A stretch of 64,000 nt of DNA, from contig CP070742.1 of assembly GCA_020348065.1 (NCBI GenBank), positions 624,053-688,052 on the forward strand, given 5' to 3'. A model generated the notes under the pieces. It was given only the letters and a program-made list of their open reading frames with translations, ran no database searches and was not told the DNA's origin. The stretch is from Candidatus Zixiibacteriota bacterium (GTDB taxonomy: Bacteria > Zixibacteria > MSB-5A5 > UBA10806). Both the position numbers and the translations under genes were made by a program. This document shows positions 1-9,858 of the stretch, one piece after another; within the stretch, counting starts at the first letter, position 1; every line of letters begins with the position of its first letter.

Positions 1-1
1 A

Positions 2-610
2 AAGCTATTGATGATTTTCTCCAATTCCAGCGCCATCGCCATAGATAATTCCATGTTGCACAAAAAAACCCAGGAGCTTACAATAACCGATGAGTTGACC
101 GATCTTTTCAACTTCAGATATTTCAGATCGAGGTTAGCCGATGAATTGAGAAGGGCGGACCGTTACAGGCAGAAACTGTCAATACTGATGCTCGATATCG
201 ATCACTTTAAAAATGTTAATGACCAGTACGGTCATCAGACCGGAAATATCGTCCTTTGTGAAGTCTCCGGCATCATCAGGCTATGCGTTCGCGATGTCGA
301 CGTGGTGGCCAGATACGGCGGAGAGGAGTTTATCGTTATCCTCCCCCAGACCGACAGGGAGGACGCGGAAATCATCGCGGAGAGGATAAGAGAGACCGTT
401 GCCAAAAACTATTTTCAGAACAATAATGGCAGCAGGGAAATACAGATAACCATCTCAATTGGCGGGTGTACCTATCCCGATGGGACCCATACGCTGGAGC
501 AGCTTCTGGAAAAAGTCGACGGCGCGCTTTACAGGGCCAAATCGGAGGGCAGAAACGTGGTATTTTTCACCGGATCCGAAAAGAAAAGAAGCACCGAATT
601 TACAGTATGA
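2..610 (+). CDS. GGDEF-domain diguanylate cyclase, 5'-truncated by window edge (frame open to position 2)
   Basis: GGEEF active-site motif (RYGGEEFIVILP) and the DxxxxGD/HxxGD region typical of GGDEF; no in-frame stop upstream, so N-terminal sensor domains likely lie outside the window. Confidence 0.8.
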   Translation, partial: KLLMIFSNSSAIAIDNSMLHKKTQELTITDELTDLFNFRYFRSRLADELRRADRYRQKLSILMLDIDHFKNVNDQYGHQTGNIVLCEVSGIIRLCVRDVDVVARYGGEEFIVILPQTDREDAEIIAERIRETVAKNYFQNNNGSREIQITISIGGCTYPDGTHTLEQLLEKVDGALYRAKSEGRNVVFFTGSEKKRSTEFTV

Positions 611-1605
611 CAAATAATATCAATCCGGGACAATTCACTATATTGGGCTTTGAAGGAATAATTCCGGATAAGGACTTTCTTTGTCTAATTGAAAAATATC
701 CGCCTGCTGGCTTTCTTTTGCTGGAGCAAAATTACGAATCCCCCGAACAATTGACATCGCTTGTTTCAGATTTGAAAAAAGTGGCAGGCGAAACCGTTTT
801 ATTCGCCGTAGACCAGGAACCGGGAAGGGTTCAGCGTTTTAAAAAGGATTTTCCAGCGTCTGAAAAACCATCGGTATATATCGAAGACGGACTGGAGGAT
901 AAATACCGCCTATGGTGCGCCCATACGTCTTCAAAGCTGGCCGAGGTAGGTATTAATTTGAATCTCGCTCCGGTTCTGGATATCGCTTCCGATCCCGGGG
1001 ACAACCCAGCCTTGACCGACAGGATTTTTGGAGACGATCCCGGTATCGCCGCGTTTTATGCTGGAATTCTTATTGAAGAACATAAGAAAAACGGAATACT
1101 GACCTGCGGAAAACATTTTCCGGGGTTGGGCTCGGCCAGGTTCGATCCTCACGTCGAATTGTCGCTATCCGACGACCCGCTGGCTCGGTTTGAAGATTAT
1201 TACTGGCAACCATTTATCAAAGCCGTCGAATCGGGTGTGGATATGGTCATGACAACTCATCTTAAAGCCGCGTCTCTCGATCCCCATAACGCCGCGACCT
1301 ACTCCCCGAAAGTGGTGGGTTATCTGAGAAATAATGTTAATTTTGCCGGGCCCGTTGTTTCCGATGATTTAATTATGGGAGGAGCAAGAAATGCCGTTTC
1401 CCCGGGCGATTCCGCAATAAAAGCGATTGCGTCGGGGCACAATCTCCTTATCATCTCTCGTGGAGTTGTGCTTCAGTCCGAAGTCCTCGATTCTCTAAAA
1501 AACCGCTATGCACGGGATCATTTGTTTGGTAAAATAGCCCACCAGAATGCGGAAATTATCAGACGGATTCAGAGCAAGACGTACTTTTCAGATCCTCGGA
1601 AATAA
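607..1605 (+). CDS. nagZ: beta-N-acetylhexosaminidase NagZ (glycoside hydrolase family 3)
   Basis: GH3 motifs (FAVDQEPGRVQRF, KHFPGLG); the track ORF begins at GTG 466 inside the GGDEF gene. ATG at ~607 (MTNNINPG...) overlaps the upstream stop as ATGA and is the likelier start. Confidence 0.8.
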   Translation: MTNNINPGQFTILGFEGIIPDKDFLCLIEKYPPAGFLLLEQNYESPEQLTSLVSDLKKVAGETVLFAVDQEPGRVQRFKKDFPASEKPSVYIEDGLEDKYRLWCAHTSSKLAEVGINLNLAPVLDIASDPGDNPALTDRIFGDDPGIAAFYAGILIEEHKKNGILTCGKHFPGLGSARFDPHVELSLSDDPLARFEDYYWQPFIKAVESGVDMVMTTHLKAASLDPHNAATYSPKVVGYLRNNVNFAGPVVSDDLIMGGARNAVSPGDSAIKAIASGHNLLIISRGVVLQSEVLDSLKNRYARDHLFGKIAHQNAEIIRRIQSKTYFSDPRK

Positions 1606-2728
1606 AACGAAGTCCCTTCGTGTTATAGGCGTTAATTCCGGCACCAGTTGCGATGGTCTGGATTTGGCCCTTGTAGAATTCGCTCCGGATAAACTTCCTC
1701 GCCTGCTTTTTTCGAAAACCTATTCTTATCCCCGGGAGATCAGGGAGTCTCTATTATCCGCAGACGATCCCGGTTTAATAGACGGCGAACATTGGATGAG
1801 GCTTGATTCGGAACTCGGAAAGCTAACCGGGAAACTCATATCCGGTTTTTTATCCATAATAAAGAAAAGAAGACTGACGCCCGATTTAATAGCGTCCCAC
1901 GGGCACACCATAAGGCATTTACCCGGTAAAAAAAGCGCTTCATTTACTCTTCAAATCGGAGATCCGGCTCAAATGGCGGAAATCACCGGTCTGGCGGTAA
2001 TATCAGATTTCAGGAAATCGGATATCGCCGCCGGAGGGCAGGGTGCGCCGCTGTCGCCGTTGTTGCATCAAAAATTGTTCAGAAGTCAAACTCGATTCAG
2101 GGCCGTTGTAAATATCGGTGGGATTGCCAATATCACCGTACTGCCCCCCGCGAGATCCAGAATAAAGCCTTTCGCCGCCGACTGCGGCCCCGGCAATATG
2201 GTCATTGACGGAGCCATGAAAATCCTGTACGGCCGACAATATGATAAAAACGGGGAAACAGCCGCAAGAGGAGACGCGGATAAGAAAGCCGTCAATCAGG
2301 TCGTGCGGCTGAAATTTTTTAAATCCCCGCCTCCGAAATCCACCGGGCGGGAACGATTCGGAAATCGTTTTGTTGAAAAAGTATTGGATAAATGTAATGA
2401 ATACCGCCCGGAAGATATTATCGCTACCATATCGGAGATTACCGTGCGAGCCATTGCGGATTTTATCTCCAGGTATGCCCCGAAAACCGAAGAATTATAT
2501 CTTTGCGGCGGCGGCGCCGGGACTAAATTTATAGTCCAAAGATTAAATAATCTCTTAAGGGGTATTGATATTTTATCAACCTCCGACCTCGGGTATGATC
2601 CCGATTATATTGAAGCCATGCTGTGGGCTTATCTAGGCCACTGTTTTATCGTAGGAACCAGGATAGATTCAAGCCGGTTTACCGGCGCAAAAAAAACATA
2701 TATTCCGGGAAAGTTATGCCTTCCCTGA
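1547..2728 (+). CDS. anmK: anhydro-N-acetylmuramic acid kinase
   Basis: N-terminal IGVNSGTSCDGLDLALV and C-terminal LCGGGA motifs of the AnmK family; the 5' end overlaps nagZ by ~59 nt, so the true start may be an internal non-ATG codon. Confidence 0.8.
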   Translation: MRKLSDGFRARRTFQILGNKTKSLRVIGVNSGTSCDGLDLALVEFAPDKLPRLLFSKTYSYPREIRESLLSADDPGLIDGEHWMRLDSELGKLTGKLISGFLSIIKKRRLTPDLIASHGHTIRHLPGKKSASFTLQIGDPAQMAEITGLAVISDFRKSDIAAGGQGAPLSPLLHQKLFRSQTRFRAVVNIGGIANITVLPPARSRIKPFAADCGPGNMVIDGAMKILYGRQYDKNGETAARGDADKKAVNQVVRLKFFKSPPPKSTGRERFGNRFVEKVLDKCNEYRPEDIIATISEITVRAIADFISRYAPKTEELYLCGGGAGTKFIVQRLNNLLRGIDILSTSDLGYDPDYIEAMLWAYLGHCFIVGTRIDSSRFTGAKKTYIPGKLCLP

Positions 2729-3960
2729 GGTTGGCCGTTTTATTCCTGCTAGTATATTACGGTTGGGCCTCCGGGTTTTCCGGCAAAAGGCCGGAAGTCG
2801 CTCCCATGCCGGATTTTAACAGACGTATACCGGTCCAGCTGTTTGTGGGGGAACAGGTCGAGATAGCTTTCAGCCCTAAAGGCGTCATAGAGTGTTTCCG
2901 CATGGGAGAATTCTCCGAAATCTATTATATGTCATCTCATTTGAATCTTTCGGCAAAAAGTGACGGCATAGCTATTTATGATGATAATGGTGAAATCACC
3001 TCCGGACTTTCCGAGGTCAAATGCAAGCCTCGCGGAAGTTCCTCCTATGTTGAATTTAACGGTATAATTTACCGCGGTTTTTTCCGGTTGGTTTATGATA
3101 CTCTTTCATATAACCTGATCTTATATAATATCGTTGATTTAGAGGATTATCTCAAAGGCGTATTGCCGGCGGAGATCGGGGAGAGATCGATAGATGAATA
3201 TGAGGCTGCCAAAGCGCAGGCCGTAGCCTCTCGAACATATGCGGTATGGAAACTTATTTCTGACGGCGAGGCCGGAAAACTCCATCCCACCGTTGCCGAC
3301 CAGGTTTATACGGGCAAAAGCTCCGAACTCGGTATTTTGAATAAGGCCGTGAAAGATACCGAGGGAGAGATTTTGCTGTTCAAGGAGGGCCCCATAGCCG
3401 CGTATTATCACGCGGTCTGCGGCGGCGAGACTATTCCCATAGAAAAGGCATGGCCCGAGAAAGATAGATTGCCATATCTTGCAGGCGGTAAAGACCGCGA
3501 TTATTGCCTGTGGGCCAAAACCTACTCCTGGACAGAAATATTCGATCTCGAAACGTTGTCCGGTAATCTCAAGAAATACTATATCGAAAAAGGTATTGGG
3601 TCTCAGGATGATTTTAGCAAAATAATTAATATTGAATTTCACAAGGATAAAAAAACGAGTCGCGTTCTAAAAATGGATATTTTCACGGAATCTAATATAT
3701 TTACGGTCGAATGCGATCAGATACGATGGGCGCTGGGCCGGCCCTCCAAACCCGGCGCCATATTGCCTTCAACCAGGTTTACTGCGGAGAAGATTATAAA
3801 TGAACACGGTTTCCAGGGTCTGGAAATTGCAGGCGTAGGCAACGGTCATGGCGTGGGGGCCTGTCAATGCGGTTTTATAGGACGTGCCCGCGAAGACCAG
3901 AAATATGACGATATGCTTGAAGAATATTACAAAGGCGTTAAACTGGTAAGAATATATTAA
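2716..3960 (+). CDS. SpoIID/LytB-domain protein (amidase enhancer / lytic transglycosylase family), secreted
   Basis: SRTYAVWKL...YHAVCGGET SpoIID motif; in-frame ATG at ~2716 gives signal peptide MPSLRLAVLFLLVYYGWASG (track start GTG 2623 overlaps anmK). Confidence 0.75.
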   Translation: MPSLRLAVLFLLVYYGWASGFSGKRPEVAPMPDFNRRIPVQLFVGEQVEIAFSPKGVIECFRMGEFSEIYYMSSHLNLSAKSDGIAIYDDNGEITSGLSEVKCKPRGSSSYVEFNGIIYRGFFRLVYDTLSYNLILYNIVDLEDYLKGVLPAEIGERSIDEYEAAKAQAVASRTYAVWKLISDGEAGKLHPTVADQVYTGKSSELGILNKAVKDTEGEILLFKEGPIAAYYHAVCGGETIPIEKAWPEKDRLPYLAGGKDRDYCLWAKTYSWTEIFDLETLSGNLKKYYIEKGIGSQDDFSKIINIEFHKDKKTSRVLKMDIFTESNIFTVECDQIRWALGRPSKPGAILPSTRFTAEKIINEHGFQGLEIAGVGNGHGVGACQCGFIGRAREDQKYDDMLEEYYKGVKLVRIY

Positions 3961-3975
3961 TTCTGTCTGAAGCCT

Positions 3976-4746
3976 ATGATAAACACCCGCTTGAAAATCG
4001 CCTTGATTCAAGATCAGCCGGGTTCCGGCATAAGAGACGCATATATGAAAATTCTGCTTGAAAAAAATCCCGATATTATCGCTTTCCCCGAATACTACTT
4101 TGTAAATCCCGATGAAAAAAACATCATTCTATCCAGCTTCAGACATGATGAAGCTCTAACGCAGCTTGGAGATTGGTCGGCTAATCTGAATTGCGCGATT
4201 ATAGGCGGCAGTATCGTGACCGAATCACGCGGGAAGCTGTATAACCGGTCGTATTTTATCGATGGAGGAGAGATCGTCGGTTTTTATGATAAGATTCACC
4301 CTTATAAAAATGAAGGCCGCGGATTGATCGAGAAAGGAACGGAATACAGGGTTTTCATTTATCGCGGATTGAAAATAGGGATATTGATCTGCGCCGACGT
4401 TTTATATCCGGACTCTTACTCGAATATACGCGGATTAAGGCCGGATTTAATATTTGTCCCGACCACCTCTCCCTTCCGTGAAAACGAAACCGCTCAGGTC
4501 AAATTTGCGCGGGACAAGAGGCTTTTCGTTAAAGGAGCGCAGATTACGCGGTCGCTTATTTTTAAAGTATGTGCCTCCGGGAAAATAGGCGAGAAACGTT
4601 TTCAGGCGAGAAGCCTTATTGCGTCGCCCTCGGGGATCGCCTGGCGAAATCCCCCGGAAGACGAGGATAAATCCGCCCTGATCCATACCGAATTAACGAA
4701 TCTTCAAAACGATCCCCGGCTTGACATAGAGGTTTTCCGGCTTTAA
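3976..4746 (+). CDS. carbon-nitrogen hydrolase family amidohydrolase (nitrilase superfamily)
   Basis: LKIALIQ...FPEY...ILICADVLYP: catalytic E-K-C triad context of the CN-hydrolase fold. Confidence 0.7.
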   Translation: MINTRLKIALIQDQPGSGIRDAYMKILLEKNPDIIAFPEYYFVNPDEKNIILSSFRHDEALTQLGDWSANLNCAIIGGSIVTESRGKLYNRSYFIDGGEIVGFYDKIHPYKNEGRGLIEKGTEYRVFIYRGLKIGILICADVLYPDSYSNIRGLRPDLIFVPTTSPFRENETAQVKFARDKRLFVKGAQITRSLIFKVCASGKIGEKRFQARSLIASPSGIAWRNPPEDEDKSALIHTELTNLQNDPRLDIEVFRL

Positions 4747-4755
4747 CTTGCGCCC

Positions 4756-5199
4756 ATGAGCTTTTTCAAGCCCGCGGAAATCCGCGCCATTCTGATCCTT
4801 TCCGCTCTGGTGTTTATCGGTTCCGCCTTAACTCTTTTAAAACGACAGGGCAGATTATCGAGCCTGGAGCTTGATACGTTTTTAAATAACAGTCGTTATA
4901 ATTACTCCTATAGTATCGCCGATTTTGAAGAAGAAAAAGAGGAGACTGACGCACGGCTGATTAAAGAAGAGGCCGCTGTTACGGAAAACAGTTCTATAGA
5001 GGAAAATATAATAGATCTGAACAGAGCCGGTTATTTTGATCTTCAAAACCTCCCCGGAATAGGCCCGGTTCTGGCCGAGAGAATCATGGCTTACAGGGAC
5101 AGCGTCGGCGCCTTCCGCTCGAGCGACGAGCTTCTGAACGTTAAGGGAATCGGCAAACAAAAATTCGCGGATATTAAAGACAGGATTACGGCAGAGTGA
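4756..5199 (+). CDS. comEA: ComEA-like helix-hairpin-helix DNA-binding protein with N-terminal membrane anchor
   Basis: N-terminal TM helix; C-terminal tandem HhH motif (LNRAGYFDLQNLPGIGPVLAERIMAYR...LLNVKGIGKQKFADI). Confidence 0.75.
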   Translation: MSFFKPAEIRAILILSALVFIGSALTLLKRQGRLSSLELDTFLNNSRYNYSYSIADFEEEKEETDARLIKEEAAVTENSSIEENIIDLNRAGYFDLQNLPGIGPVLAERIMAYRDSVGAFRSSDELLNVKGIGKQKFADIKDRITAE

Positions 5200-6044
5200 A
5201 TGTCGGCGTATCCATTGAAAATAACATGTTGTATCTTGTGGTTAAAAACAGCGGCGGCGAAAAACCGTCTTTTTATAAATCAAGTATCAGTCTGTCTCTT
5301 TCGGAGAAAAATAAACCGCGCGGTTACCTCCTGGGGCGGATCAAGGAAGAGGAAATCAAAAACTCTTTTACTCAGGCTGAAAAAATCGCTATTACAATCC
5401 CCGCGGCAATCTGTTTTTCCAAGAGGATAATTATTGATTCGAAATTGGATCGCGCCAGACCCGATTACAGGGCCTGGGTGGCGCACAATCAATTGCCGGG
5501 CGAACTTTCTAATTATATTTATGGCTTTTCGCCTTTGGCTGAAGATCGAATATCAGGTAGAATAGAGACTTTGTTTTTTGCCGCTATAGCGAATCAATTC
5601 CGGCCGCTTTTTCATGCGATAGCGGGAGATGATAATTTTGATCGCGTATATCCGGTTCCGGAATATATGAGCCTGGCTGTCGTATTGCGGAATGCTGTCG
5701 GCCCGAGGATCAACGTTCGGGCCGTCATGGTCAATATCGGCGGCAATGGCGTGGCGGCTGTTATTATAAAAACGGGATCTATGTTCTCAACCCGATATTT
5801 TCCGCTGCAATCGGGAAAACCGGATGAGCTGACGTCGGACCTGGAAGCCTATTTTCTGAGCGTGATTGATTCTGATGAGAAGGTCGAAATCTTTATCGCC
5901 GGGGGCGAGAAATCTATGTCCTTTAAACCGAAAATCAAGGCGAGAATAAAATACAATAAAATGCCGGCCGGATTTATATCCGCGCTGGGTTCGGTAGAAT
6001 ATATTTCAACGGGCGGGATATGCGAATTACCGGCGGGCGTTTAA
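5196..6044 (+). CDS. hypothetical protein (282 aa), no confidently recognisable domain; weak actin-fold/PilM-like N-terminus
   Basis: Long ORF in the gene-dense + strand, GTG start overlapping the comEA stop; its 3' end is overlapped ~25 nt by rsmD. Confidence 0.45.
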   Translation: MNVGVSIENNMLYLVVKNSGGEKPSFYKSSISLSLSEKNKPRGYLLGRIKEEEIKNSFTQAEKIAITIPAAICFSKRIIIDSKLDRARPDYRAWVAHNQLPGELSNYIYGFSPLAEDRISGRIETLFFAAIANQFRPLFHAIAGDDNFDRVYPVPEYMSLAVVLRNAVGPRINVRAVMVNIGGNGVAAVIIKTGSMFSTRYFPLQSGKPDELTSDLEAYFLSVIDSDEKVEIFIAGGEKSMSFKPKIKARIKYNKMPAGFISALGSVEYISTGGICELPAGV

Positions 6045-6556
6045 AGGGCCGGCGCATTGCGGTTCCCGGCGGCGGTGACGTCAGGCCGTCCACCGATAAG
6101 CTGAGGGAAGCTGTGTTTTCGATAATCGGGGACGATATTCTGGGAGCTAAGATCGCCGACCTTTTCTGCGGAAGCGGCGCCCTGGGAATCGAAGCCTTAT
6201 CGCGCGGCGCGGATTACGCGTTATTCGTCGATTCCTCCCGTAGAAACATCTCAAATCTCAGGAAGAACCTGGAGAAACTCGGCATCATGGAAAATTCCGA
6301 TTTAAAAGTAATGGACGCATTGAAAATCCGCCCGAAAAGGATGAAAAACTACTCCATTGTTTTTGCCGACCCGCCCTATAATCGGGGACTGGGCGAAAGA
6401 TTAATTTCTTTATTCTGCTTGCCAAAATTCGAGTGGTATGGAATATTAGTCCTCGAGCATGAATCCGACTGGATTTACAAAGGACAGGAAATGGAAATTT
6501 TAAATCGAAAAGCTTACGGGGATATGGCTGTAAGCTTTTTGAGAAAAAATCGTTGA
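6020..6556 (+). CDS. rsmD: 16S rRNA (guanine966-N2)-methyltransferase RsmD
   Basis: ITGGRLKGRRI, DLFCGSGALGIEALSRGA (SAM-binding motif I), FADPPY (motif IV). Confidence 0.8.
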   Translation: MRITGGRLKGRRIAVPGGGDVRPSTDKLREAVFSIIGDDILGAKIADLFCGSGALGIEALSRGADYALFVDSSRRNISNLRKNLEKLGIMENSDLKVMDALKIRPKRMKNYSIVFADPPYNRGLGERLISLFCLPKFEWYGILVLEHESDWIYKGQEMEILNRKAYGDMAVSFLRKNR

Positions 6557-6587
6557 ATCAAGCGGTTAAGAAAAAGGAGCGCCAGGA

Positions 6588-7076
6588 TTGCCTGATGGAT
6601 TAAAAGCATTGTACCCCGGGACATTTGATCCCATTACGCTCGGACATATAGATATTATCAAGAGGGCCAGAAAGGTTTTCGATTTCCTGGTTATCGCGGT
6701 GGCGTCAAATCTTGAAAAAAAACCGCTTTTTACAGACAGTGAACGGGTCGCCTTGATAAGAAACTCTCTGGATAAGCTTGAAGGTATAGAAGTTACCTCC
6801 TTTGACGGTCTGACGGCCAAATTCGCCAAATCTATAGGAGCGACGGCTATTGTCAGGGGGATCAGGGCATTTTCGGATTTCGAGTTCGAATTTCAGATGG
6901 CTTTGACCAACCGCAAACTGCAGCCCGACGTAGAGACCGTTTTTTTAACCCCGGATGAAAAACACAGTTATATTTCCTCCTCGCTTGTCAAAGATATTGC
7001 CCGACGCGGGGGGGATATAACCTGTTTCGTCCCCGACGCTGTTAAGATAGAGCTGGCGAAAAAATATCCATCTTAG
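6588..7076 (+). CDS. coaD: phosphopantetheine adenylyltransferase
   Basis: ALYPGTFDPITLGHIDII nucleotidyltransferase H/T-x-G-H motif; TTG start 8 nt after an AAAAAGGAG RBS. Confidence 0.85.
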   Translation: MPDGLKALYPGTFDPITLGHIDIIKRARKVFDFLVIAVASNLEKKPLFTDSERVALIRNSLDKLEGIEVTSFDGLTAKFAKSIGATAIVRGIRAFSDFEFEFQMALTNRKLQPDVETVFLTPDEKHSYISSSLVKDIARRGGDITCFVPDAVKIELAKKYPS

Positions 7077-7117
7077 TTCCGTTGATTGCAAGACGACAAT
7101 AATAATGGAGTATTCTT

Positions 7118-8614
7118 ATGGAACGGGAATTGAGTGAAATCCTGAGAGTCCGCCGCGAAAAACTTCAAAAATTAATAGATAAAGGGATCAATCCATTTCC
7201 CTACAGGTACAGCAGAACCCACCTCTCGTCGGAAATCATCGCCGATTTTGAAAATCTATCCGAATCGGGGCAAACGGTGAAGGTCGCCGGGCGTATTATC
7301 AGCTGGCGCGGTCACGGCAAGACCGTATTCGCGCATCTTCAGGATGGCTCCGGAAAGATACAGGTTTATATCCGCAAGGACGACCTGGGAGAAGAACAAT
7401 TCGAAATGTTCGGTCTGTTTGAGACAGGCGATATAATAGGCGTGGAGGGTACCGTGTTCCGGACTCGCATGGGAGAGGTGACCATAAAAATCTCAGGTTT
7501 CGCTCTCCTGGCCAAATCATTGAAGCCTCTACCCGAAAAATGGCACGGCCTTAAGGATAAGGAAATCCGTTACCGCAGAAGATACCTTGATCTGATCGCC
7601 AATCCCGATGTTCTCGATACCTTTATAACAAGGGCCAAAATAATAAAAAAAATGAGAGATTTCCTGGATGATCGCGGATTTCTGGAGGTTGAGACCCCCG
7701 CCATGCAGGTATTATATGGAGGAGCCAACGCCAGACCCTTTGTAACCCATCTTAAGGCCCTCGACCTCGATCTCTATCTTCGTATAGCCGATGAGCTCTA
7801 CCTTAAAAGGCTTATTGTGGGCGGCATGGAAAAAGTATATGAGATAAGCAAAGACTTTCGCAACGAGGGCATGGATAGAAATCATAATCCTGAATTTACC
7901 ATGCTTGAATTCTACTGGGCCTATGCCGACTATAGAGACCTCATGAATCTGGTGGAGGAGATGATATTTTCCGTTGTTACCTCCGTGCTGGATTCCGATG
8001 AAATCACTTATGACGACAACCTGATATCGATGAAACCCCCGTATGGAAGAATAACTTTTGCCGATGCCGCGCGAAAATACATAGGCACTGATATTACAGG
8101 GCTGGGTGAAAAAAAGCTTATAGATCTCGCCCGGGAAAAGGGACTGGATACGGACGGGGTGACGGGTCGCGGGGCGGCCCTGGATCTGCTTTCAAGCGAG
8201 CTGGTGGAACCTAAACTGGTCCAGCCCACATTTTTGATCGATTATCCCATCGAGCTGTCACCGCTCGCCAAAATACACCGGGAGGATCCCGGGCTTACCG
8301 AAAGGTTCGAGCTTTTTATTAACGGTCTGGAGTTCGGCAACGGATTTTCGGAGCTTACCGATCCCGACGATCAAAGACGGCGTTTTGAATCGCAGGCCCG
8401 ATCCCGGTTAATGGGAGACGAGGAAGCTCATCCCATTGACGAAGATTTCATACTCGCCCTCGAACACGGAATGCCTCCCGCGGCCGGCTACGGCTTGGGA
8501 GTCGACAGGCTGGTTATGCTTCTTACCGGAAACAGCTCCATAAGGGATGTTATTCTTTTCCCCATCATGAAACCCGAAAATCCGGGTAAAGGCGCCGAAA
8601 GTTCGGACGGTTAA
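7118..8614 (+). CDS. lysS: lysine--tRNA ligase (class II)
   Basis: Full-length class II LysRS: OB-fold anticodon-binding N-domain plus catalytic core motifs. Confidence 0.95.
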   Translation: MERELSEILRVRREKLQKLIDKGINPFPYRYSRTHLSSEIIADFENLSESGQTVKVAGRIISWRGHGKTVFAHLQDGSGKIQVYIRKDDLGEEQFEMFGLFETGDIIGVEGTVFRTRMGEVTIKISGFALLAKSLKPLPEKWHGLKDKEIRYRRRYLDLIANPDVLDTFITRAKIIKKMRDFLDDRGFLEVETPAMQVLYGGANARPFVTHLKALDLDLYLRIADELYLKRLIVGGMEKVYEISKDFRNEGMDRNHNPEFTMLEFYWAYADYRDLMNLVEEMIFSVVTSVLDSDEITYDDNLISMKPPYGRITFADAARKYIGTDITGLGEKKLIDLAREKGLDTDGVTGRGAALDLLSSELVEPKLVQPTFLIDYPIELSPLAKIHREDPGLTERFELFINGLEFGNGFSELTDPDDQRRRFESQARSRLMGDEEAHPIDEDFILALEHGMPPAAGYGLGVDRLVMLLTGNSSIRDVILFPIMKPENPGKGAESSDG

Positions 8615-8616
8615 TA

Positions 8617-9846
8617 ATGTCCCTCGAATTCTTCATCGCCAGAAGATATTTCACGTCACGCCACCGGCAGGGATTCATCTCCTTTCTGGGATTTTTATCT
8701 ATTTTCGTGGTTATGCTGTCCACCGCCTCGCTTCTGATCGTGCTTTCGGTGATGAATGGTTTCGAGATGGAAGTGCGCAGCAGGATAATCGGCACCATGG
8801 CTCATGTACTGGTTCAGCATCGGGTTGTGGATGCCATCGAGGATTGGGAGGAGCTCAGGGGTCAAATACAAAAGGTCGATGGTGTTGTCGCTACAAGTCC
8901 GGTTGTTATCGAAAAGGCCGCTATCTCCTCGAGATCCGGTACCGACGGTATACTGGTAAGGGGAATAATCCCTCAGGCCGAAAGCGCGGTAACCGAAATC
9001 GCCGAGTATCTTCTGACCAGAGATCTGACCTTCGAGACCGTTGACGATAAATACAAGGGTGTCTGGATGGGGATTAATCTGGCCGCCCGGCTGAACGTTT
9101 CCATAAACGATAAAGTCCGGCTTTATTCGTTGAAAAACGTCGAGAGCGATCTTACGGGTTTTTCTCCCAAAATTAAACCCTGTATGGTTACGGGGATTGT
9201 CGAGACGGGGATGTCGACCTACGATGATAATTTCGTTTATATATCTCTCGAGGACGCCCAGGATCTGTTCGAACTGGGCGGCGATATAACTACAATAGAA
9301 GTCAAGACCACCAATTTTTATAACGCCTGGGTGGTCGCGGAGAGAATCGAGGACGCCATTGGATACCAGTATATGGCCCTGGACTGGAAAGAGCACAACC
9401 GGAATCTTTTTTCGTGGATGACCCTGGAGAAATGGATGATGTTTATAGTCCTGATGCTGTTCGTGATTGTCGCGGCGAGCAACATTATCGCTCTTTTAAT
9501 AATGATGGTTCTGGCCAAAAGAGGCGATATCGGCATACTCTCCGCCTTCGGACTGTCCAAATCCAGGTTAAAGAAAATTTTCGCTTATCAGGGGCTGATT
9601 ATCGGAGCTTTCGGCGCCATTATCGGAGAGACAATAGGCTTGATCCTGCTTTATACTCAGAAAAAGTTTTCTATCATTTCGCTGCCTTCCGATATCTATT
9701 TTATCTCGGCGCTGCCGGTAGAGATTAGAGTTCTGGACGTCCTTTTGATTTTCATTCTGGGTTCCTTGATAGGATTAATCTTTTCGATTTATCCCGCCAG
9801 GAGGGCCGCGAGATTGGATCCCGTAGAGATTATCCGCTATGAATAA
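8617..9846 (+). CDS. lolC: lipoprotein-releasing system permease (LolC/LolE, FtsX/MacB-type)
   Basis: N-terminal TM, large periplasmic MacB-like domain, three C-terminal TM helices (FtsX); immediately followed by lolD. Confidence 0.8.
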   Translation: MSLEFFIARRYFTSRHRQGFISFLGFLSIFVVMLSTASLLIVLSVMNGFEMEVRSRIIGTMAHVLVQHRVVDAIEDWEELRGQIQKVDGVVATSPVVIEKAAISSRSGTDGILVRGIIPQAESAVTEIAEYLLTRDLTFETVDDKYKGVWMGINLAARLNVSINDKVRLYSLKNVESDLTGFSPKIKPCMVTGIVETGMSTYDDNFVYISLEDAQDLFELGGDITTIEVKTTNFYNAWVVAERIEDAIGYQYMALDWKEHNRNLFSWMTLEKWMMFIVLMLFVIVAASNIIALLIMMVLAKRGDIGILSAFGLSKSRLKKIFAYQGLIIGAFGAIIGETIGLILLYTQKKFSIISLPSDIYFISALPVEIRVLDVLLIFILGSLIGLIFSIYPARRAARLDPVEIIRYE

Positions 9847-9858
9847 CGGTAATTTATA

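Noticed and set aside
466-1605. Track ORF for nagZ starting at GTG 466, and similarly extended starts for sdhD (17646), sdhB (19785), wbpD (31562), porG (53697), SpoIID (2623) and the deacetylase (35767)
   Set aside because: The extensions run through the 3' end of the upstream gene in another frame. In-frame ATGs placed right after the upstream stop codons give N-termini matching the protein families, so the shorter models were used.
5200-5430. 76-aa + strand ORF in an alternate frame at the start of the 282-aa hypothetical gene
   Set aside because: It is nested out of frame in the longer ORF, is highly basic and has no motifs. The longer frame continues the operon's overlapping-stop/start pattern.
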